64,000 nucleotides of DNA from assembly GCA_039586095.1 (NCBI GenBank), contig JBDHLB010000003.1, positions 66,945 to 130,944 on the forward strand, in the 5' to 3' direction. This stretch comes from Gemmatimonadota bacterium (GTDB lineage: Bacteria > Gemmatimonadota > Gemmatimonadetes > Palauibacterales > Palauibacteraceae). The translations under genes were made by a program, and so were the position numbers. Under the pieces are notes generated by a model. That model ran no database searches and was not told where the DNA came from. It saw only the letters and a program-made list of their open reading frames with translations. Every line of letters begins with the position of its first letter. The first letter of the stretch is position 1. Shown here one piece after another: positions 57,087-64,000 of this stretch.

Positions 57087-57279
57087 TCTTCGCACGGGAC
57101 TGCAGTACAGGCGGTGGAGCCGGCGTGTCCGGATTCGCCGCACGAGCCAGCCCGCTGTACTCGATCATCACGCAAAACGATCGGCACGGAAAAGGAATCG
57201 AGTTCGGCCCTCAGGGCCCTCGTTCCAGGAACCGCGGCTCCCGACGGACCGCGTTCACGCACTACGACGGAGGTAGAGA

Positions 57280-58251
57280 ATGAAGCGCATCAGGAGCACC
57301 GGGGTCACTGCCGGACTGACGGGAGTCCTCGTCGGCCTGGGACTGTTGGCGACCGGATCGCCGACGTCCGCCCAGCAGGACTTTTCGAGCGTGCAGATCG
57401 AGGCCACGCACGTGGCCGGCAACGTCTATATGCTGACCGGGCAGGGCGGAAACATGGCCGTGTCGGTCGGGCCGGACGGTGCGCTGCTCGTCGACGACCA
57501 GTTCGCACCGCTCGCCGACAAGATTCGCGCGGCGATGGCCGAGCTGGGGCAGGGCTCGGGGGCCGAGCTGCGCTTCGTGCTCAACACGCACTGGCACGGC
57601 GACCACACGGGTGGGAACGTGGAGTTCGGCCCGGAGGCGCCGATCATCTCACATGACAACGTGCGAAAGCGTCTCTCCAGTCCCCAGCAGCTGTTCGGTC
57701 GTGTGATCGAGCCGATCGGTCCCGCGGGGCTGCCGGTGATCACGTTCGGCGAGTCGGTCTCCATCCACTTCAACGGGGAGGAGATCCGCGCCATCCATGT
57801 CCCTCACGGTCATACGGACGGTGACGCCGTGATCTTCTTCACCGATGCGAACGTAGTTCATCTGGGCGACGATTTCTTCGCCGGGCGATTTCCCTTCGTC
57901 GACCTGGAGTCGGGGGGTAGCGTGCCAGGTCTTACGCGCGGGATCGCCTCCCTCCTCGAGAAGCTTCCCGAGGACGCACAGCTGATCCCGGGACACGGTT
58001 CTCTATCCAGCGTCGAGGATCTGCGCGAGTACCACGGCATGCTGGTAGAAACCTCGGCCATCGTCCAGAAGCGGATCGACGCCGGCGCAACGCGCGATGA
58101 GGCGATCGCCGAAGGCCTGCCGGCCGGATGGGAAGAGTGGGGCAGCGGCTTCATCGATCAGGAACGTTGGCTGGGCATCGTGTACGACAGCCTGACCAGC
58201 GAGCACGAGCACGGCGAAGATCACCAACACGACGCCGAGCACGAGCATTAG
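57280..58251 (+). CDS. secreted MBL-fold metallo-hydrolase with His-rich tail
   Basis: GGAGG upstream, signal peptide, LNTHWHGDHTGGN, HVPHGHTDGD. C-terminal EHEHGEDHQHDAEHEH. Confidence 0.85.
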   Translation: MKRIRSTGVTAGLTGVLVGLGLLATGSPTSAQQDFSSVQIEATHVAGNVYMLTGQGGNMAVSVGPDGALLVDDQFAPLADKIRAAMAELGQGSGAELRFVLNTHWHGDHTGGNVEFGPEAPIISHDNVRKRLSSPQQLFGRVIEPIGPAGLPVITFGESVSIHFNGEEIRAIHVPHGHTDGDAVIFFTDANVVHLGDDFFAGRFPFVDLESGGSVPGLTRGIASLLEKLPEDAQLIPGHGSLSSVEDLREYHGMLVETSAIVQKRIDAGATRDEAIAEGLPAGWEEWGSGFIDQERWLGIVYDSLTSEHEHGEDHQHDAEHEH

Positions 58252-58302
58252 AGCGCGCCGGGCGGCCACCAGGTCGGCAGGCCGAAACAAGCAGGCGGAC
58301 GA

Positions 58303-61167
58303 GTGAGCGATAGTGGAAACGGGGCGGGCGACGGACGTGGCGCGCCGCCGAACCTGACAGCGGACGGTTACAACGCCGGGTACGCGGAGCGCCTGCAAGA
58401 GCGCGCGCTGCGGGAGCGTGGGCTGGTGCCGCCTTCACTGGCGGCGTGGCCTGTGGCCGCGGTCCCGTCTGCCGCGCCCGTCCCTCCCTCCGCGGCGGAA
58501 GGGCCACCGCCGGAGGCACCCGTCCTCGCTGTGAAGGGAGAGGAACGTCTCCGACTGGCGGCCATCGCCGGCGCCCTCGTGGAAGCCTACCGCGCTTACG
58601 GCCACCTGGCGGCGAAGATCGATCCGCTCGGCTCGGAGCCACCCGGTCACCCCATGCTGGATCCCGGCTTTTACGGAGTGATGCGAGACGATCTCGCCTC
58701 GCTTCCGGCGTCGGCCGTCCAGCTGGAGCACCTCGGAGACACGGTAGGCGAGGTGCTCGATCGGCTCGAGCGCGTGTACTGCGGCCCGATCGGCTACGAG
58801 CTCGACCACGTCGAGAACCCGGCGGAACGCGATTGGCTGGTCGAATCGATCGAGTCGAATCGTCACAGCCGCTCCCTGGAGGCCGACGAAGGACGCGCGC
58901 TCCTGCAACGGCTGACCGAGGTCGAGGGCCTCGAGCAGTTCCTGCATCGCTCGTATCTGGGGATGAAGCGCTTCTCGATCGAGGGCCTGGATATGCTGGT
59001 TCCGATGCTGGACCACGTCCTGACACGCGCGTCCCAGTATTGCGTGAAGCAGGCGTTCCTCGGCATGGCCCACCGGGGGCGGCTCAACGTGCTCGCGCAC
59101 ATCATCGGCATCTCCTACGAGTCGATTCTGGCCGAGTTCGAGGAAGAGACGTCGCGCGGGATCCAGACGGCGTTGCCCGAGCTCGGGTCGGGCGATGTGA
59201 AGTATCACATCGGGGCGCGCGCGCGGGTCAGCTCGGAGCAGCTGGACGTGGAGGTGCACCTGGCCCCCAACCCGAGCCATCTGGAGCACGTCGACCCCGT
59301 CGTGCTCGGAATGGCGCGGGGTGCCCGCTATGTGGAGCACTCCGGTGACCCGGAGTGCATGCTCCCGATCCTGATCCATGGGGATGCGTCGTTCGCGGCA
59401 CAGGGAGTCGTGGCGGAGACGCTGAACCTGTCCCGGCTGCGGGCCTACGAGACGGGCGGCACGATCCACCTCATCGCCAACAACCAGCTCGGGTTCACCA
59501 CGATGCCGAGCGAGGGTCGCTCGACGCGGTACGCGAGCGATCTGGCGCTGGGCTTCCGCATGCCCGTTGTCCATGTGAACGCGGACGAGCCCGAAGCGTG
59601 TCTCGCGGCGGTGCGTCTCGCGGTCGACTATCGCTTCCAGTTCGGTCAGGATCTGGTCATCGACCTGGTGGGCTATCGACGCTACGGCCACAACGAGGGC
59701 GACGAGCCGGGCTTCACGCAGCCCCGCATGTACGATCTGATCAAGGATCACCCCACGGTGCGGACCCGATGGGCCGATCGCCTGATCGAGGCGGGAACGA
59801 TCACCCGCGACGACGAGCGGGCCATGAGCGAGGCTCTCGTCGAGACCCTCGCCAATGCGCGAGAGGAGATTCAGGCGGCGCAGCGCGCACGGCTCGAGGC
59901 CGCGGACGGCACGCTCGCCCCCCATCTCGTCGACGACGAGCCGGAAGCCGAGGAGCAGGAGGAAACGCTCGTCGAGATCGCGGAAGAGGGTCGCGAGCTC
60001 TCCACCGGGGTCCCCATCCTTCGCCTCGAGACGCTGAACGAGGCCATCCATCGCTGGCCGGAAGGCTTCGAGCCGTTCGGGAAGCTCGAGCGCCAGCTTT
60101 CCCGCCGTCGTGACTCGCTGCACGAGGCCCTGGATTGGGGACACGCGGAGGCGCTCGCCCTGGCGAGCCTGCTGACCGACGGCGTGCCGATTCGCTTCAC
60201 GGGAGAGGACACGGCGCGCGGCACCTTCAGCCATCGCCACCTCGTGCTCCACGATGGAAACACGGGCGAGACGTACACCCCGCTGGAGCACCTGACCTCC
60301 GATCAGGCCCACTTCCAGGTGGCTAACAGCCCGCTATCTGAGATCGCCACGCTCGGCTTCGAGTACGGTTTCAGTACGATCGCGCTGGACGCGCTCGTCC
60401 TGTGGGAAGCGCAATTCGGCGACTTCGCCAACGTAGGCCAGGCGATCATCGATCAGTTCATCAGCGCAGGCCACACGAAGTGGGGGCAGGAGTCTCGCCT
60501 GGTCCTGCTTTTGCCCCACGGCTACGAGGGGCAGGGACCGGAGCACTCGAGCGCCCGGCTGGAGAGGTTCCTTCAGCTCGCCGCGCAGGGAAACCTGCGG
60601 GTCGTCAACTGCACGACGCCGGCGCAGTACTTCCACCTGCTCCGGCTCCAGGCCCGGCGACCGGCGCGGAGGCCGCTCATCGTCATGACGCCCAAGAGCC
60701 TGCTGCGCCACCCGCGCGCCCGCTCCTCGGTGGACGAGCTGGCGGAGGGGCGCTTCCGGGCGGTGCTGCCGGACGTGGCAGCCGACGCGGAGCCGGAGCG
60801 CATCGATCGGGTGCTGCTGTGCAGTGGCAAGGTGTTCTATGAGCTCGAGGGCTCGGACGAGCGGAGCGCATCCGAACGATGCGCGGTCGTGCGGCTCGAG
60901 CAGCTGTACCCCTTCCCGCGATCAGGGCTGCAGGCCGTGCTGGGACGCTTCCCGAGTCTCGCGGAGATTCGCTGGGTGCAGGAGGAACCGGCGAACATGG
61001 GCGCCTGGCGATTCCTGGCTCCTCAGCTGCGTCGCGCGGTGCCTGCGGGGGTCGAGATCACCTACGTGGGTCGTGCGGCCAAGGCGAGCCCCGCGGAAGG
61101 ATACGCCGGTCGCCACGAGATCCGTCAGCGCAGAATCATCGAGCGCGCCTTTCAGGTGGCCGAATAG
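58303..61167 (+). CDS. sucA: 2-oxoglutarate dehydrogenase E1 component
   Basis: YCGPIGYELDHVENPAERDWL, KRFSIEGLD, GMAHRGRLNVL, HGDASFAAQGVV, YRRYGHNEGDEP, HGYEGQGPEHSSAR. Confidence 0.95.
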   Translation: MSDSGNGAGDGRGAPPNLTADGYNAGYAERLQERALRERGLVPPSLAAWPVAAVPSAAPVPPSAAEGPPPEAPVLAVKGEERLRLAAIAGALVEAYRAYGHLAAKIDPLGSEPPGHPMLDPGFYGVMRDDLASLPASAVQLEHLGDTVGEVLDRLERVYCGPIGYELDHVENPAERDWLVESIESNRHSRSLEADEGRALLQRLTEVEGLEQFLHRSYLGMKRFSIEGLDMLVPMLDHVLTRASQYCVKQAFLGMAHRGRLNVLAHIIGISYESILAEFEEETSRGIQTALPELGSGDVKYHIGARARVSSEQLDVEVHLAPNPSHLEHVDPVVLGMARGARYVEHSGDPECMLPILIHGDASFAAQGVVAETLNLSRLRAYETGGTIHLIANNQLGFTTMPSEGRSTRYASDLALGFRMPVVHVNADEPEACLAAVRLAVDYRFQFGQDLVIDLVGYRRYGHNEGDEPGFTQPRMYDLIKDHPTVRTRWADRLIEAGTITRDDERAMSEALVETLANAREEIQAAQRARLEAADGTLAPHLVDDEPEAEEQEETLVEIAEEGRELSTGVPILRLETLNEAIHRWPEGFEPFGKLERQLSRRRDSLHEALDWGHAEALALASLLTDGVPIRFTGEDTARGTFSHRHLVLHDGNTGETYTPLEHLTSDQAHFQVANSPLSEIATLGFEYGFSTIALDALVLWEAQFGDFANVGQAIIDQFISAGHTKWGQESRLVLLLPHGYEGQGPEHSSARLERFLQLAAQGNLRVVNCTTPAQYFHLLRLQARRPARRPLIVMTPKSLLRHPRARSSVDELAEGRFRAVLPDVAADAEPERIDRVLLCSGKVFYELEGSDERSASERCAVVRLEQLYPFPRSGLQAVLGRFPSLAEIRWVQEEPANMGAWRFLAPQLRRAVPAGVEITYVGRAAKASPAEGYAGRHEIRQRRIIERAFQVAE

Positions 61168-61206
61168 AGGTCAGCCGGCGCCCAGATCTGTCGGAGAAGG
61201 CGTCAG

Positions 61207-61503
61207 TCAGCCGGTCCAGCGCTTGACCGTCCGCTTCATGTCGGCCAGCTCGCTGACGATCTTCTGATGAAACTCCTCGATCTCGTCGGACGCCCCGTTC
61301 TGCTTCAGCTCGGACAGCCGATCCTTCGCCCGATCGTACTTCGCGTCCAATCGGGCGATCATCGCTTTCATCCGAACTTTGGTGGCGGCCTTGGCGTCCC
61401 CGAGATCGTCACGCATCACGTCCGCTCGCTCGCGGAACTTCTCCAGCGCGGCCTCGGCCCGCTCGAGCAGCGAATCGACTTCCGCCGAGGGTTCATCCAT
61501 CAT
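61207..61503 (-). CDS. hypothetical helical protein
   Basis: GAGGAA upstream of ATGATG. Charged helical sequence with no recognised family. Confidence 0.45.
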   Translation of the reverse strand: MMDEPSAEVDSLLERAEAALEKFRERADVMRDDLGDAKAATKVRMKAMIARLDAKYDRAKDRLSELKQNGASDEIEEFHQKIVSELADMKRTVKRWTG

Positions 61504-61619
61504 GCTTTCCTCACTCGATACAGCCGTGGTGGGAGCAACGCCCGGATCTCCGGATCGCACGTCGCAGAGGTATTCATAAACATGCGACGAAAGCGTTGAG
61601 GATGCACCCCTTGTGCTCG

Positions 61620-62885
61620 CTACGGTCCGTGTCCCGCGCTTCCCACCGCGAGGTTGTCACGGATCGGCACCTTCGGGAAAGCGCTGGCAAACAGCGCATA
61701 ACAGAGGCCGAACAGGCCGACGAACCCGATCGAAATCGAGACCTCGGGCCACCCGAGCGGAAGTGAATCACCCTCCCAGACCGAGGGAACGACGAGGGTG
61801 TATCGCTCCAGCCAGAAGCCGATCAGAATCAGCAGCGCGACGAAGGCCAGCCAGCGCGGGTTCATCTTCGGACGTCGTGCGAGCAGGAAAAGGAAGGGAA
61901 GGGCGAAGATCAGCACCATCTGCAGCCAGTAGATCCTCGAGAACATCTCTCCGGTGCGTGGCACGAAGAAGTTCACCTCGCGCGGGATGTTGCCGTACCA
62001 GATGACGAGGAACTGCGAGAACCACAGATAGGTCCAGAACACGACGAACGCGAACAGCAGTTTGCCGAGGTCGTGGAACTCCCATTGGTCCCACAGGGTG
62101 CCGTACACACGCTGGTAGCGTGATGCCACCAGCGCTACGAGCGCCAGCAGACACAGCCAGCCGCCCACGAAGAAGTAGGGCCCCCACACGATGCTGATGA
62201 ATCCGGGCACCAGGGACATGACCAGATCGTAGGATAGCACCGAGAACACGATGACCCACGTGAGGATCAACGCCGGAGACATCCACGACATCCGTCGCCG
62301 GCAGCGCTCCAGTTCCTCTTCGTCGCCCCGCCAGTTACGCGCCAAGGTACGCGCCAGACTGCGGCGCCAGCCCGTCTGGTGCTCGGCGAACAGCGGAGCA
62401 TCGGTCCTGAGCGAATGCCACAGGAAGACGAAGCTCGCCACGTAGAGAATCAGCAGCAAGATTCCGTTTCGCAGGAACACACCGTCGAGGGTAAGCCAGT
62501 CGCGGTTCAGATGCTCGGTTTCGACTTCACCCAGCCAGGGCAACACGTACTCCGCGCCCAGGTAGAGCAGCACGAAAAGAATGAAGGAGACCGGAAGGAA
62601 CGCGCCCGCCGCCTCGGCGACGCGCCGGAAGCCCATGCCCCAGTGTCCTTTGGCGGCCTGCAGGATCGCCCCGAACACGACCCCGGCCATGGCGAGAGAT
62701 GTCCAGAACAGGAAGTTCGTCCACACGCTCAGCCAGGCTCGCTGCGGCGCGGGTCCAATGGTCAGGAAGAAGCCCAGCAGCCCGAGCGCGAGCGCGAACA
62801 GGCAGAGGCCCAGCCAGCGGCCGGAGATTCCGCCCAGCGTAGCGAGCGCCTGCTCCGGCGTCCGCCGCATCCTCGGGGCCCTCAT
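61620..62885 (-). CDS. actF: alternative complex III NrfD-like membrane subunit (ActF-like)
   Basis: About 10 TM helices of NrfD/PsrC type. ATGA overlap with the upstream cytochrome c gene. Position after the ActD/ActE homologues. Confidence 0.7.
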   Translation of the reverse strand: MRAPRMRRTPEQALATLGGISGRWLGLCLFALALGLLGFFLTIGPAPQRAWLSVWTNFLFWTSLAMAGVVFGAILQAAKGHWGMGFRRVAEAAGAFLPVSFILFVLLYLGAEYVLPWLGEVETEHLNRDWLTLDGVFLRNGILLLILYVASFVFLWHSLRTDAPLFAEHQTGWRRSLARTLARNWRGDEEELERCRRRMSWMSPALILTWVIVFSVLSYDLVMSLVPGFISIVWGPYFFVGGWLCLLALVALVASRYQRVYGTLWDQWEFHDLGKLLFAFVVFWTYLWFSQFLVIWYGNIPREVNFFVPRTGEMFSRIYWLQMVLIFALPFLFLLARRPKMNPRWLAFVALLILIGFWLERYTLVVPSVWEGDSLPLGWPEVSISIGFVGLFGLCYALFASAFPKVPIRDNLAVGSAGHGP

Positions 62886-63532
62886 CGCCCGCCTCCCGCG
62901 GCGCTTGCCGGTCCGGCCTCGCCTTCGCCCGCCGGGCGCGCCGCTTTAGCTTCCATGCCCTCCGCACCGGCCGCCGGCATCGGCTCCGGTTGCGCGTCCA
63001 CCGGGGAGCGCGCCTGAAGGTCCCGCAGCCACGCCACCACGAGCCAGCGCTCATCGGCCGGGATGCGCTTGTACGCGGGCATCAATCCCCGGCCGTTGGC
63101 GATCATTCCCCACACATAGCCGTCGGAGAAGTCGCGCGCCCGCTGCGACATGAGGTTCAGCGTGGGCAGGGCCGGAATCCGGTTCGGTCCCACCACCGAG
63201 CCGTCGCCCCGTCCCGTCGGTCCGTGGCACGGGAGGCAGAACTGTGCGAACCGCTCCTCGCCGCGCGCCAGCTCCTCTTCCGTGAGCGCATCCGGCAGCG
63301 GGCTCGTGAGCAGCGAGTCGGCGGCCAGCAGATCGTATGCGCGCTCCGCGTCCACCGGCACCGCGCCCTCGGGCGGCAGCCACGGCTGTTCCTCGTACGT
63401 CTCGATCGAGGGCTGCTGGCTCATCGTCGAGAAGATCGGGATGTACTTGATCTGATCGTCGCAGGCCGCGAGCAGGGGCACGAGAGAAGCGACGAGGAAC
63501 GCCGCGGGCACGAATCGTCGCGGCCGGCTCAT
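62882..63532 (-). CDS. actE: alternative complex III monoheme cytochrome c lipoprotein (ActE-like)
   Basis: Lipobox LLAACD. One CxxCH site (CLPCHG). GYVWGMIANGRGLMPAY. Confidence 0.8.
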   Translation of the reverse strand: MSRPRRFVPAAFLVASLVPLLAACDDQIKYIPIFSTMSQQPSIETYEEQPWLPPEGAVPVDAERAYDLLAADSLLTSPLPDALTEEELARGEERFAQFCLPCHGPTGRGDGSVVGPNRIPALPTLNLMSQRARDFSDGYVWGMIANGRGLMPAYKRIPADERWLVVAWLRDLQARSPVDAQPEPMPAAGAEGMEAKAARPAGEGEAGPASAAGGGR

Positions 63533-64000
63533 CGGTGCACCTCCACCTCCACGTCGACGGCGCCGGCCTCCCGCACGATCGTCTCGACCCGGCTCTGCTC
63601 ACTGCCCCTGGACGGCACGAAGACCCCCCAGCGGTCCACCGAGAACGACGTGCGGTAGCTTTCGGCCAGCCGGAACGCCGGTTTGCGGGCGTGGATCAAC
63701 ATGGCCATCAGGGCGAAGATGCCCGTCAGCAGAATCGTCAGCTCGAACATCACGACGATGAACGGCGGAATCGAGACGATCGGCTTGCCCTGCGTCACGA
63801 TCGGGTACGCCAGCGATGTGCCTGCCGTGATCAACAGACCCGTGATGCAGCCGGTGATCCCTCCGATCAGCGCCCACAGCCCGACCGGCGAGGAATGGAT
63901 GTCCATGGCCTCCTCGAGCTCCTCGGAGGGGACCGGGGAATACACCTGCAGGTCGAGGTGACCCGCTTCCCGCAGGCTCTCGATCGCCTGCCGCGCCTCG
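63529..64000 (-). CDS. actD: alternative complex III membrane subunit ActD (DUF3341), 5' end outside window
   Basis: The frame stays open upstream to the window edge (EARQAIESLREAGHLDLQVYSPVP...). Two TM helices and a DUF3341-like pattern. Confidence 0.75.
   Translation of the reverse strand, partial: EARQAIESLREAGHLDLQVYSPVPSEELEEAMDIHSSPVGLWALIGGITGCITGLLITAGTSLAYPIVTQGKPIVSIPPFIVVMFELTILLTGIFALMAMLIHARKPAFRLAESYRTSFSVDRWGVFVPSRGSEQSRVETIVREAGAVDVEVEVHR

Noticed and set aside
58435-60312. 625-aa minus-strand ORF antisense to sucA
   Set aside because: Shadow ORF. sucA motifs on the plus strand are unambiguous.

Overview
GC-rich (roughly two-thirds G+C by eye) bacterial chromosomal segment, densely coding. 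Many gene pairs overlap by 4 nt (ATGA/GTGA). I saw no rRNA, tRNA, CRISPR array, transposase or integrase. The gene content is reminiscent of Gemmatimonadota-like genomes: TolB-N-like/TPR Ser/Thr kinases, many lipoproteins, alternative complex III. That placement is inference only. All family calls come from motif recognition in the supplied translations; no searches were run.

Main blocks:
- 1-3.7 kb: ABC-2 permease, PDZ membrane protein, TPR protein.
- 3.8-9.9 kb: HTH/PPTase ORF, fdrA, DUF1116 and a radical-SAM sulfatase maturase.
- 9.9-20.8 kb: a minus-strand operon of about 11 kb. It encodes a CoxSLM-type molybdenum hydroxylase, CoxG, NCS1 and NCS2 nucleobase-type permeases, a CoA-transferase, a cyclase and an amidase, with a Ser/Thr kinase directly upstream.
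- 23-31 kb: envelope and lipoprotein genes, including a large leishmanolysin-like lipoprotein.
- 32.2-34.8 kb: a tandem tryptophanase-like fusion.
- 39.5-42.3 kb: ppdK.
- 42.4-46.4 kb: a DtxR/FeoA/FeoB metal-uptake locus in which two genes are frame-disrupted.
- 47-56 kb: two MscS channels, a membrane kinase and an alkaline-phosphatase-fold protein coupled to an HMA protein.
- 58.3-61.2 kb: sucA.
- 61.6-64.0 kb: alternative complex III actD/E/F.

The most interesting signal is at 52624-53148 (minus strand). It is a DUF411/CopG-type copper protein whose only interruption is a TGA at the position of the first Cys of the family C-x-C-C motif. A 7-bp hairpin with a GGUC-containing loop follows about 10 nt downstream. 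This is a candidate selenocysteine recoding site; the alternative is a very recent nonsense mutation.
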